A DNA stretch of 64,000 nucleotides, from IMG/VR virus record IMGVR_UViG_3300035661_000011, positions 64,001 through 128,000 of that record; one strand, given 5' to 3'. The number at the start of each line of letters is the position of its first letter. The first letter of the stretch is position 1. The notes below the pieces were generated by a model, which was not told the origin of the DNA, did no database searches, and worked only from the letters and a program-made list of their open reading frames with translations. Below, in pieces: positions 40,196-49,793 of this stretch. The stretch is from a virus. The position numbers and the translations under genes are program-made.

Positions 40196-40249
40196 AATAA
40201 ACCACATTAGCGATAGTGTAGGTGGTAAACTATAAAGGATAAATTGATA

Positions 40250-42031
40250 ATGTCTGTTAAAAAAATAAGTTGGTCTAAAGCAAAAGGGTATGAGTGTAGC
40301 TCTAATGGAGATACTAGGTTTTCTGCCTTTTATGCAATTATGGAAGACGGTAGAACCTTGGAGCAACATTACCAGTGTGATGTTAAAGGTTATGATACTG
40401 GTGGAACAAATTGGAAGTTAGGTAAAGGTAAACCGCCTTTAGATACAACACAGAAGATGTTTCCTTTATATTTGAATTTATGGAAACGGTGGTGTAACAT
40501 TGGTGATAACTACGCTTCGCTTTTAGAACTTAAAGAGCTAGCTATAAGTAATGAATTTTATTTACGAGATTCATTTGCTACATCGCCAGTTAATCAAGCT
40601 CATGCGTTATCAGTTATACTAAACGATTTAGATAAAGTGTCTAAATCTAAAGTTAGCGTTGAGTTGTATACCGATGGTTCAGCGAGACCAAATCCTGGTT
40701 CTGCTGGATATGGATTTAATGGAACCGATTCACTTGGTAACTCGTACATTGGATGGGGACCTGTTGCTAGTAGGTCTACTAATAACGTAGCTGAGTTATT
40801 AGCGGTTGCATACGGCATTATTAGAATGCGAAGTGTTGTGAACAACTTAGGTAAGATTAAAATATTTGCGGATAGTGAATATGTAATCGAAAACTTAAAA
40901 TCTGTACCTAAATGGATTGGTAACGATTGGACGACTGACACTGGTCGTCCCGTAGCTAATGTGGAAGTGTGGAAGTTTTTAGATTCTACAATTATGGAAG
41001 CCAGAAATGCAGGTGTCGATATTAGCTTGCAGTGGGTCAAAGCACATAACGGCAATGCTGGTAATGAACTAGCTGATTTAAAAGCCAATGAAGGGCGCTT
41101 AATCGCGTTAGAATCACATATTGACTTACACTTTGAACTAACGGATTTACACAAGTTTGAAGTTACTAAATTGTTAAAGGTTAAAACCGTTAATAAAGCG
41201 GTTGCTCCTTTAAATAAATTGCTTTCAGCTAAACGTTGGTTTTTCTTTACAAATGTACCTGAGGAGATTGAGGGTATACCATTTTATTTTGCCTCTGTAT
41301 ACGAAGATAAAAAGGAGTATAATAATCGTAACTTAGGTAAACGTGCTCCAGACAGTATGTATGTGTTATTGTTAACTGATACCCGTATAACAGTTTTAGA
41401 TACAATCCGAGAATCTTTTAATAAAAAGTTTGAGGGTGAAACTTTACCAATTATAACATATCTCACGAAGATACAAAGTGCTAAAGTGTGGTCTAAGTTA
41501 GTTGAATCAATCGATGAATATTTGGTGTATAAAGGAAGTAGTGCTATTACTGTTGGTGGCGAATTACTTGGTAAATTACATTTCCCACCAAAGCTAGCGT
41601 GTAAAGTTCCTAAGATAATAACTTTAGGATACAATTGCATTAAGGAATATAAGTCTGGAAAACAAGGTGCACACTACTACGATATAACCAATAAAGTTTA
41701 TGTAACTGACACTAAGGGTAAATTGGCCATTAGTCCAGACTTTACAATGAGCACTAAGTTTCTCGATATACCGATTGTAATACCGTACACATCAGACGAT
41801 GGTTTGATTACTCCAGAAACATCAGATGTGATTCGATTAACTGTTAATATCGATATGCCGACTAGAAATACATTTTCTGCATTACTTAAACAAACAAAAA
41901 ATCCAGTTAAAATTACACTGATGGTCACAGAAAGTTTAGAGCGTAGTTGTAGAGTCTATGTGATAGTTGAAGTGGATAGTGACATCTGTATTTATTATAA
42001 CCCAGATTCAAATTTTAGAATAAAAAAATGA
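40250..42031 (+). CDS. RNase HI (phiKZ gp155-like) with an extra ~125-aa N-terminal domain
   Basis: LYTDGS, TNNVAELLA, ADSEYV, WVKAH..NAGNELAD catalytic motifs; N-terminal YECSSNGDTRFSAF...GRTLEQHYQ..K domain; start reassigned to ATG 40250. Confidence 0.85.
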   Translation: MSVKKISWSKAKGYECSSNGDTRFSAFYAIMEDGRTLEQHYQCDVKGYDTGGTNWKLGKGKPPLDTTQKMFPLYLNLWKRWCNIGDNYASLLELKELAISNEFYLRDSFATSPVNQAHALSVILNDLDKVSKSKVSVELYTDGSARPNPGSAGYGFNGTDSLGNSYIGWGPVASRSTNNVAELLAVAYGIIRMRSVVNNLGKIKIFADSEYVIENLKSVPKWIGNDWTTDTGRPVANVEVWKFLDSTIMEARNAGVDISLQWVKAHNGNAGNELADLKANEGRLIALESHIDLHFELTDLHKFEVTKLLKVKTVNKAVAPLNKLLSAKRWFFFTNVPEEIEGIPFYFASVYEDKKEYNNRNLGKRAPDSMYVLLLTDTRITVLDTIRESFNKKFEGETLPIITYLTKIQSAKVWSKLVESIDEYLVYKGSSAITVGGELLGKLHFPPKLACKVPKIITLGYNCIKEYKSGKQGAHYYDITNKVYVTDTKGKLAISPDFTMSTKFLDIPIVIPYTSDDGLITPETSDVIRLTVNIDMPTRNTFSALLKQTKNPVKITLMVTESLERSCRVYVIVEVDSDICIYYNPDSNFRIKK

Positions 42032-42130
42032 AAGCTCAAAAGAAAGATACAAAATACCTTTACACAATTCTAATTGTATTAGCGTTGTGTAAATTATGTT
42101 TATTAATTTTTTAACACTATAGGTTTACAG

Positions 42131-42568
42131 ATGTTTACAATGCGAGGCGATTTAATTAAGTTAACTAAAGCTGGTGAATTCGATGTAGTGCTACACGGGT
42201 GTAACTGTTATAACACTATGGGGAAAGGAATTGCTGCTCAATTTAAACAACACTTTCCAGAGGTGTATGCGGCTGATTGCAAAACTGAAAGGGGTGACCC
42301 ACGAAAGTTAGGTTCGTATAGCCGAGCAAAATTACCAAATGGCGTAATTGTGCTTAACTGCTACACACAGTTTAGATACGGACCGAATAGTGCAGATTAT
42401 GCTGCTATTCGTGAAGTGTTACAAAAGGTTAGAGAAGAATTTGTTGGTAAAAAAGTAGGTATGCCTATGATTGGTGCTGGTTTAGCTGGCGGGGATTGGA
42501 AAAAGATTTCTAATCTAATCGATAGATATTTACCAAACGCAACCGTTGTGGAGTGGGATAGTAACTAA
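42131..42568 (+). CDS. Macrodomain protein (ADP-ribose processing)
   Basis: GDL, HGCNCYNTMGKGIA, NCYTQ, MPMIGAGLAGGDW. Confidence 0.9.
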   Translation: MFTMRGDLIKLTKAGEFDVVLHGCNCYNTMGKGIAAQFKQHFPEVYAADCKTERGDPRKLGSYSRAKLPNGVIVLNCYTQFRYGPNSADYAAIREVLQKVREEFVGKKVGMPMIGAGLAGGDWKKISNLIDRYLPNATVVEWDSN

Positions 42569-42582
42569 CGATAATAACTCAC

Positions 42583-42610
42583 GGTATGGATTTAGATCTA
42601 AATCCATACC
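42583..42610. terminator. 28-bp perfect palindrome
   Basis: GGTATGGATTTAGA|TCTAAATCCATACC. Confidence 0.7.
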
Positions 42611-42685
42611 ACTAAATTGTAACTACGTGTACAGGTTTAATGAAACCAAAGGTTACACAACTGACTGTTTCAGTGAGGAAATAAA

Positions 42686-43951
42686 ATGACAAACCCAATA
42701 TACGGTTTCTTAAACATTAACCGATTCTTTAATGGACAAGCTGGAATAAACCCAGTTGGACAAATAAGCCCAAAAGGTATGACTTTTGGAACCAGCTCCG
42801 AATATTCAGCTGATAATTCTAATTCACAATTAATTATCTTTCGTCCAAATATATTACCAGTTATCGCAACTGTGGAATGGATGACTGGTTTAGCAACACA
42901 ATTGAGTAATGTTGTAAACTATACAACAACACAAGTCTCTTTGTTAAATAACATTATTACTGCATTAGGTCAACGGTTTACTAACGTCACAATTGGTGAT
43001 GTGGTTATGAATCCAGTTGATGGTAAAGGTTATCCAGCATTTATACAATTCACATACACCACTACTATTGGCTCTGCTACATTTAAAATTTGGTTAACTA
43101 ATACCAACTTTATGAATGAGTACCCAGATGGGGATATTACAGTAGTAACACCAATTGTAAATGTTAGTGATTTATTTAACAACTTTGCAGCGTGTAAAGC
43201 CGTAGTTGATAAACTTACACCAATGTCCATAATTAACGAGGTTGCTACATTAAGTTTACCAATTCCTGAAACTGGGATCTACACTAACGTATTCCGAGTA
43301 AACAACAGAGCTAATGTGGCCTTATGGTTTGATTTACCAGTTGCCTTTGTTTATCATGGTGGAACAGTGCATAATAACCCAACTTCGTTTTTACAAGCGT
43401 TTGTTGATTACTTAGTTAAGAACAGCACAATCACGCTAGCACAGTGGGAAACCGTTATACCATCTCTACTACCCACTGATAAGTTTTACGTGATACCAGC
43501 GTGGAATAACGTAGCTGTTTCCTCAGGTGTTAACATAGGTAGTCCTACCATTAAGTTGTTTGATAACCCAGGTGTGGTTATTGCCGAAACATACTTTCCA
43601 GAACTATTACCAGAAGCTGTAAATAACTTTTTAGATTACACAATTTTACAATTTGGTTCGTATGGTGTTTATATTGTTCCTGACATCAGTAATGCAGACG
43701 GTCGTATTCCATTCAGAGAAAAGTTTAACGATTACTTCCTAGTTCCAACAAACGATGTATTAATCAATAGACAATCTGTAGAGACTCAAAATGCAGTTGT
43801 CTTATTAACAAACTTAGTTCGTTACGCTAGCGACCCAACAGTTAAAAGCGTTGTTCCAGTTGGATACGAGTTAGAGATTAAGAATGGTAAATCGTATTTA
43901 TTGGGTACTGTAAATAGAATTACATTTGCTGTATTAGTTTCTGGAGAATAA
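42686..43951 (+). CDS. Virion structural protein, phiKZ gp157-like
   Basis: IYGF...NPVGQISP, FKIWL...F..EY, WETVIPSL...FYVIPAW motifs. Confidence 0.65.
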   Translation: MTNPIYGFLNINRFFNGQAGINPVGQISPKGMTFGTSSEYSADNSNSQLIIFRPNILPVIATVEWMTGLATQLSNVVNYTTTQVSLLNNIITALGQRFTNVTIGDVVMNPVDGKGYPAFIQFTYTTTIGSATFKIWLTNTNFMNEYPDGDITVVTPIVNVSDLFNNFAACKAVVDKLTPMSIINEVATLSLPIPETGIYTNVFRVNNRANVALWFDLPVAFVYHGGTVHNNPTSFLQAFVDYLVKNSTITLAQWETVIPSLLPTDKFYVIPAWNNVAVSSGVNIGSPTIKLFDNPGVVIAETYFPELLPEAVNNFLDYTILQFGSYGVYIVPDISNADGRIPFREKFNDYFLVPTNDVLINRQSVETQNAVVLLTNLVRYASDPTVKSVVPVGYELEIKNGKSYLLGTVNRITFAVLVSGE

Positions 43952-43952
43952 G

Positions 43953-44579
43953 ATGGCGTTATCAATTTTAATTGGTACAGTTGGGATATTTACTTTATCA
44001 CCACCATTTACGATAGGTAAGGTAAATTACACCATTACTAAACTCAATCTAATTAAGCCGTTGTTAAATTCTGGTGTGGATGTTTACAATGCGTATTATG
44101 CACCAGCTGGTATAACTTTAACTAAGTTTAATGAAGACTCATTTAATGGTCACGCTATAGTGACCTTAGAGTCTGATGACGGTCCAACGATTAATGTACC
44201 TAGTGGGTATATAGCCTTAGCTCCAATTGAGCCAGCAGTGTTATATTCTCACGTTATTTTATCTGTGGATTTAGGTGACTTACCAGATGAAATCAATTTG
44301 TCTCAAATGAAAGATGATATAAAGTCTATCACTGATGGAGCAATTGGTTCTGATACATTGGTTAACTTACACACTCTACCAGCTTCAAAGGTATATAGCC
44401 ACGAAGATTATGTAGCTTCTGAAATGGAGCGTAATGCTAAAATTACAGAGTATGTGTCGTTTTACACTAGTAAAGTATCTGCCGATGAAGAACTAGCTAT
44501 AGCTAAAACCACAATAAATAAATATTCTAAAATTATCATATCTTTAAAAGAACAACTCAAAGTAGCACAATCCACATAA
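43953..44579 (+). CDS. Conserved protein, phiKZ gp161-like
   Basis: GIFTLSPPF, DVYNAYY.P.G, NVPSGYI, SVDLGDLP motifs. Confidence 0.6.
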   Translation: MALSILIGTVGIFTLSPPFTIGKVNYTITKLNLIKPLLNSGVDVYNAYYAPAGITLTKFNEDSFNGHAIVTLESDDGPTINVPSGYIALAPIEPAVLYSHVILSVDLGDLPDEINLSQMKDDIKSITDGAIGSDTLVNLHTLPASKVYSHEDYVASEMERNAKITEYVSFYTSKVSADEELAIAKTTINKYSKIIISLKEQLKVAQST

Positions 44580-44591
44580 GCTACATTAACT

Positions 44592-44625
44592 TGATGAGTA
44601 TCACAGGAATCTGTGATACTCATCA
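44592..44625. terminator. 15-bp stem, GAAT loop
   Basis: TGATGAGTATCACAG GAAT CTGTGATACTCATCA. Confidence 0.7.
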
Positions 44626-44632
44626 TTAAAAC

Positions 44633-44647
44633 AAATATATATTATCT
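44633..44647 (+). promoter_or_regulatory. Putative early promoter motif, copy 6
   Basis: AAATATATATTATCT. Confidence 0.7.
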
Positions 44648-44696
44648 AAGTGGTAATCTTAATAAATTACTTAACCATTTCTTAAAAGGAGTTCCC

Positions 44697-45266
44697 ATGT
44701 TTAAATCTATTCGTACAATCGCCTTACTGTATACGTTAGTCGTACTATGTTACTGGCAATCTAGTATATTGAATGCCGGTGGTTTACAAGGAATATCACA
44801 CAGTTGGTATTTCATTTTTGGTCACATAGTGGCTAGTCTGTTTATCATTTTATCATTATCAGTTTTATGGGATTTTAAAACCACAACAGCTGTTCCACTT
44901 CAATACCACGATACACTTTATAAAAGTTTTGGTTTAATGTTTCCCTCTGTTGAAAGAGGACACTGTGTAATTAGTGAACAGTATTTCTCTTCTGATAAAT
45001 GGACTGTTACATTAGAACATCAATTTTATCATATTTACAATGGTGCATTTAGTGTACGTGTTACGATTGCATACACTGGTGCAATTGATATACAGTGTGA
45101 ATTAACTGTCAATGAATGTATGTTACCCGAAGCGTCAATTAACACACTAGGTCGTAGCGTGTACATGTACGTAGTACAGTGTCCATTTCGTACACGTGAA
45201 GAGTTTGATGTATTATTGCGTGAAAAATGTATAGAGTATTCTCTACCACCAACAAAACTTAAATAA
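44697..45266 (+). CDS. Membrane protein (two N-terminal hydrophobic helices)
   Basis: ATG 44697 with AGGAG SD. Confidence 0.65.
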   Translation: MFKSIRTIALLYTLVVLCYWQSSILNAGGLQGISHSWYFIFGHIVASLFIILSLSVLWDFKTTTAVPLQYHDTLYKSFGLMFPSVERGHCVISEQYFSSDKWTVTLEHQFYHIYNGAFSVRVTIAYTGAIDIQCELTVNECMLPEASINTLGRSVYMYVVQCPFRTREEFDVLLREKCIEYSLPPTKLK

Positions 45267-45289
45267 AACATTTATAATAAGAGGTTATT

Positions 45290-46975
45290 ATGCCACAAAA
45301 AACAGTTACATTAGGGTTGAACAAAGAAAACATGATTGGCGCATTGAAAAATTCATTTACTAATAAGGAAACGTTCCTTGGTGAATTGATGCAAAATGCA
45401 CGTCGTGCCGGTGCAACAAAAATCAAATTTAAGTACGACGAAGAACATAACGCACTAACTATTGAAGATGATGGTTGTGGGTTGGATAACTTTGAAACGC
45501 TTTTAACAGTTGCAGAAAGTGGTTGGTCAAAAGAAGTAGTAGAAGCGGAAAGTCCATTTGGTATTGGGTTTCTGTCTGCTATATTTTCTTGTGAAGAGGT
45601 ACAGATTGTTTCAAAGTGTGGAGTGTTACATTGTCTTACCGAAGATTTGTTGCAATTTAAACCATGTACAGTTATCCCCGAAGGTGGTATTCGCCAACCT
45701 ATAGGCACTTCAATTTTAATGGTCGGATGCACAGCACTTAAAGGCGACACTACGATTAAGAAAAGTGCTACTACGGTATTATTAAAGGCACTTCAACATC
45801 TTGCGTTGGGGTTTCCGATTCCAGTGTCGTTTAATGGGACAGAACTACCTCGTCCCAACGCAGTGGGGTCTAATTTTGTCAAAACGGAAATTGGGGATGT
45901 TCATGTCCCGTTAAATTATATTGGTGCGGAATATATGTACTACCGCCGATACCATAACTTTGTAGTTTATCTACAGGGGCTTCCTGTTGATACCCCTAAT
46001 TTAGATTACTACACGAGATCTGAATACGATAGTAAACTTAACATCGTTGTACATTTAGACTCTGCGAAGTTTATAGCTAGACTTCCGGACCGAGATAAGT
46101 TAATTAACGAACAGGAAAATATGGCGATCATACGGGCCGGTGTTCGTGAAGCTGTTCGTGAAACAGCCTTATCTTTAATAGCTGCTGGCGATTACGAAAG
46201 TGTATGCAAAAGTTTCTCAACAATTAACCACTACGACTTACTGGAACTTTATAATGAAGTTCCAATTCTTCCATGTGGAGTATTAAGTCATTTCATTAAT
46301 GGCGAGGGTGTAAATTGCGACAGTGAGAGTTTTGGCGATTGCAAAATACCAGTCTCTGAATATCTAACTCGTGAGAAAGTAAGCGGTAACACTGTTACAT
46401 CTGAGTGTGACTTTGATAAGTACGGTATGGTACACTTAGTGTATGCAAAGATGAAAAAGAAGTATATCTACACTTCGTGGTATGCTAATAAATTAGATTC
46501 CAAACACTGGTTATTCGAAGAAGCTGTAAATTTAGATAAAGAAGAGTATTCCATTAAATTAAACGGTGAAGTGTATAACACTGAATTTACTGGTGGGTGG
46601 TTGTATTGTGGTGTAACATTTTGTGATTCTTACGAGCTAACTATTGCAGGGGATACAATCGTTGTAAGTGACCTTGCATTATATTCTGGTGATGGGAGCA
46701 ACTTAATAGTCCCATCTGGTGTTACAACTGGTGACTGTATATCACAGGTCAGTAGTTTTAAAGATTATGACTCATTTCAAGACACTTCGTATTGTAACGA
46801 TGTTGCAAAATTTGAACAGTTCATGGTCACATCACGATTACGCCATGACCCAGAGAAAGCGTTTCTGGCCAACCTGAGAGAAATCGATGCAATGGCTTGC
46901 TTAAGTAACAAAACATTTACTGTGGACATTGGTGAGACAGGTAAAGTGGTCTCAGTTGTTGAAGTAAAGAAATAA
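45290..46975 (+). CDS. GHKL (HSP90/MutL/MORC-like) ATPase domain protein
   Basis: ELMQNARRAGA (N box), IEDDGCG (G1), PFGIGF (G2), GT. Confidence 0.8.
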   Translation: MPQKTVTLGLNKENMIGALKNSFTNKETFLGELMQNARRAGATKIKFKYDEEHNALTIEDDGCGLDNFETLLTVAESGWSKEVVEAESPFGIGFLSAIFSCEEVQIVSKCGVLHCLTEDLLQFKPCTVIPEGGIRQPIGTSILMVGCTALKGDTTIKKSATTVLLKALQHLALGFPIPVSFNGTELPRPNAVGSNFVKTEIGDVHVPLNYIGAEYMYYRRYHNFVVYLQGLPVDTPNLDYYTRSEYDSKLNIVVHLDSAKFIARLPDRDKLINEQENMAIIRAGVREAVRETALSLIAAGDYESVCKSFSTINHYDLLELYNEVPILPCGVLSHFINGEGVNCDSESFGDCKIPVSEYLTREKVSGNTVTSECDFDKYGMVHLVYAKMKKKYIYTSWYANKLDSKHWLFEEAVNLDKEEYSIKLNGEVYNTEFTGGWLYCGVTFCDSYELTIAGDTIVVSDLALYSGDGSNLIVPSGVTTGDCISQVSSFKDYDSFQDTSYCNDVAKFEQFMVTSRLRHDPEKAFLANLREIDAMACLSNKTFTVDIGETGKVVSVVEVKK

Positions 46976-46983
46976 CGGTATTT

Positions 46984-47017
46984 GGTATAGTGGAGACAGC
47001 AATGTCCCCACTATACC
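46984..47017 (+). terminator. 15-bp stem (one mismatch), GCAA loop
   Basis: GGTATAGTGGAGACA GCAA TGTCCCCACTATACC, T-run 6 nt downstream. Confidence 0.7.
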
Positions 47018-47041
47018 GGTGTCTTTTTTAGGAGAGTGCAA

Positions 47042-47113
47042 ATGAAAGAAGAATATATAAAACTAGTAAATCTTCTAACGGAATGGAATCAACATTACCA
47101 TATCCAGGTGTAG
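47042..47113 (+). pseudogene. 23-aa mini-ORF, possible gene remnant
   Basis: AGGAG SD then MKEEYIKLVNLLTEWNQHYHIQV*; weak resemblance to the first helix of NAD-dependent ligases. Confidence 0.2.
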
Positions 47114-47242
47114 ACTTCGTAGAAATGTACACTGGTTTATGTAGTGGTGTAGTTACTTTGAAAAAAAGTAACCTACGTAAAAGATAAAGTATTACGTAAA
47201 CAAAATAACAAACTTGAATAACAACATTTAAAGAGGTAACCG

Positions 47243-47893
47243 ATGTCAAAAAATGATATAGAGCTAGTCTGTTTTGTTAAAAGAATGCGTGTAATGAAAG
47301 ATAACAAAAGTGTAGTGCATTATTCACTCGATATATCGGTGTGTTCAACAATGAACATAAGTTCCATTTATTTACCAGCTTGCCAACTAATGTTAGAGTT
47401 AGAGTCATTGGATGAAGTAAATGAATATGTAACTCGTATTACTAATTTCTATAACAAGTTTGGAAAGATTATTGAACTTGAAGAAATCGAAGACGAAGTT
47501 GGGTTTACAGTACGTGAGAAAACACGACTACTTAACAGATCCATTGCTAGTTACAAAAGTAATGTTAAAAAGCTTTTAGACGGCACTTATATTTCTGATA
47601 AAGACTATGACTTGTTTCGTGGTTTAGTGTACACGTGGCAGATGGATGTAATTGCAGCAGCCCGTGAATCAATTGTAACACCGAATGATAAAGTCGGGAT
47701 ACACGTTCACATTGAAACCTCAGGGTTAATAAACTACCAGTTAGTAGCGACAGTGTATTCACTATTTGATGAAACAGAAAAAGCTATACGATCTGGAACA
47801 GAAGTGAATCCTGAAATCGTGTGGCATGATTTAAACAACTTCATTGAAAACGTGTATTCGTTTTATGAAGAAGACAACCGTAAAGTAGGTTAA
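47243..47893 (+). CDS. Hypothetical protein
   Basis: 216 aa, GAGG SD. Confidence 0.65.
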   Translation: MSKNDIELVCFVKRMRVMKDNKSVVHYSLDISVCSTMNISSIYLPACQLMLELESLDEVNEYVTRITNFYNKFGKIIELEEIEDEVGFTVREKTRLLNRSIASYKSNVKKLLDGTYISDKDYDLFRGLVYTWQMDVIAAARESIVTPNDKVGIHVHIETSGLINYQLVATVYSLFDETEKAIRSGTEVNPEIVWHDLNNFIENVYSFYEEDNRKVG

Positions 47894-47896
47894 TAT

Positions 47897-48502
47897 ATGT
47901 CATTAATAAACTCTATACAAGCCAGACCAGATATGTATGTCGGTCCAACAACATCATATGAATCTGTTGGAAACGTTATCATGGGAGTAGTTGAACATTC
48001 AGTTTTAAGAAACCATGATATGGACGATCTGAAAATTACAATTACGTTAAACCATGACGGCATACACATACATGACAACGGGTGCACGTTACCTGTGAAG
48101 TTAGATGAATCAGTTGGTTTGTCTATGGCGGAGTTAATGCTTACCACCAATAGATTCAGTAGCCCAAAAGATGAAATTTATTGTTTACAAGCAGCTGTCG
48201 CTTTGTCGAGTACGCTTTCCATTAAGGTACACATTGGAAAGTACACATACTGTCAATCGTACGCCAAAGGTTATCCAAATGCACCACTTGAATATCAAAC
48301 TGGTTCTTTAGGAAGTAGCAACGTTAAAACTGCTACAGACATTACATTTGTCCCCTGTAAAAACTATTTCGGCTGTGAATGGCACTGTACCGCTTTACTT
48401 GACTATTTAAGTTCTGAGATTGACATCTTAATTGGTCCACTTAAGAGTGTAACTGTAGATGTGTGTCTGGTAACCAAATCAACAATTAAATCTGGTCGTT
48501 AA
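47897..48502 (+). CDS. Stand-alone degenerate GyrB/ParE N-terminal ATPase-like domain
   Basis: IQARPDMYVG, IHDNG..LP, GLSMAELMLT, VALS, QSYAKGYPNAPL, TDITFVP align with GyrB residues ~15-180. Confidence 0.8.
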   Translation: MSLINSIQARPDMYVGPTTSYESVGNVIMGVVEHSVLRNHDMDDLKITITLNHDGIHIHDNGCTLPVKLDESVGLSMAELMLTTNRFSSPKDEIYCLQAAVALSSTLSIKVHIGKYTYCQSYAKGYPNAPLEYQTGSLGSSNVKTATDITFVPCKNYFGCEWHCTALLDYLSSEIDILIGPLKSVTVDVCLVTKSTIKSGR

Positions 48503-48506
48503 CAAC

Positions 48507-48538
48507 TGAGTGACATACACGCCTGTGTATGTCACTCA
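48507..48538. terminator. 14-bp stem, GCCT loop
   Basis: TGAGTGACATACAC GCCT GTGTATGTCACTCA. Confidence 0.7.
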
Positions 48539-48595
48539 TCGTAATCGTGTGGACTAAACACTTCTTTTTTTTTTACACACGACAAGGATACAGAT

Positions 48596-49789
48596 ATGCC
48601 TCTCCTTAAATACGACCGTACAGGAATAGCTTCTACTAATTTTGTACCAAACGAATCACATCCTGTTAATCTAACACCAGGTTTTATAATAGCCACAGAA
48701 CAAGGGTTCTTCTATACACAGTCGTTAAAAGTGGTATCGATGCCAACTAACACTATGTTAATTCGTGGAAAGGATTATATTCTAATTGGATTCTCTGCTA
48801 CAGTTACAGAAACCACTGGACTCGAAGTACACGCTGGTATACAGTTAATTAATGAAACCTTGAGTGGTACAGTAGAACTTACTTATCAAGCCGTAGGTGG
48901 ACTTATAGGTGCTTCCAATTCACTAATTTACGATTTAGTAGAACAGCTAAAACATAAACCAACCGAATTGGAATATAGTCAGATTACTAATCTACCAGAT
49001 ATGTTTCCTCCAGCTGACCATCTACATGACATAATGGATTTAGATGGAGTCACTGCAATCGTCCATTATGCGAGAGATATAGTTGAAGCTTTGTCAGGTA
49101 GACGTGCTCCAATTCAATCTGGGTTAAATGCTTTAACTATGATTAATAATCAGAATAAAGTGATAGCTGAGTTACTAAAGCGTCTAAATGACATGGAGGT
49201 TGTCCAGTCTACACTGGTGCAAAGTGGTGGAACTGTGATTGGTGTACAAGGTCCTATTGGTCCTAAAGGAGACCCTGGTGTCGGTACGCAAGGTCCAGCT
49301 GGGCCTAAGGGTGATCCAGGGGTTGGTATACGCGGTCCAATTGGACCACCAGGAATAGTTGACAACTACCATTTAGCAGATGCACTTAATGTACAGTTAA
49401 TAGACTTAATTCCAAATGGTGGGATTACAGCTAACGACACACTGTTTACCGCTATCCAAAAGTTAGTATCACACCTTACACCTACAACAAATATATTCAC
49501 TATAGTACCACCAAGCTTTGGGTTCCCAGTTAATATTGGTGACACTATGACAAACCCAAATATATTATTATCTGGTGTAACTAACACATTGAATTTACCA
49601 CAAAGCGTAAATGTAACACCTGTAACAAACGTTTCGTATGGAACACTAACACTTACCGCCAGTGGCGGATTTACGTATATTAATAACCCGTCTATTAGCA
49701 CACCTCATATAGACGATACATTTACATACGAAATACGAGACTCTATTGGAAATATAACACATCGCACCGTAAACATAAACCTTTTATAA
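48596..49789 (+). CDS. Tail-associated protein with phiKZ-type anchor, collagen repeat and C-terminal Ig/cadherin-like domain
   Basis: YDRTG...NFVPNESH, YQAVGG, FPPADHLH; Gly-X-Y run GPIGPKGDPG; GTLTLTASGGFTY...DTFTYEIRD. Confidence 0.75.
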   Translation: MPLLKYDRTGIASTNFVPNESHPVNLTPGFIIATEQGFFYTQSLKVVSMPTNTMLIRGKDYILIGFSATVTETTGLEVHAGIQLINETLSGTVELTYQAVGGLIGASNSLIYDLVEQLKHKPTELEYSQITNLPDMFPPADHLHDIMDLDGVTAIVHYARDIVEALSGRRAPIQSGLNALTMINNQNKVIAELLKRLNDMEVVQSTLVQSGGTVIGVQGPIGPKGDPGVGTQGPAGPKGDPGVGIRGPIGPPGIVDNYHLADALNVQLIDLIPNGGITANDTLFTAIQKLVSHLTPTTNIFTIVPPSFGFPVNIGDTMTNPNILLSGVTNTLNLPQSVNVTPVTNVSYGTLTLTASGGFTYINNPSISTPHIDDTFTYEIRDSIGNITHRTVNINLL

Positions 49790-49793
49790 ATAG

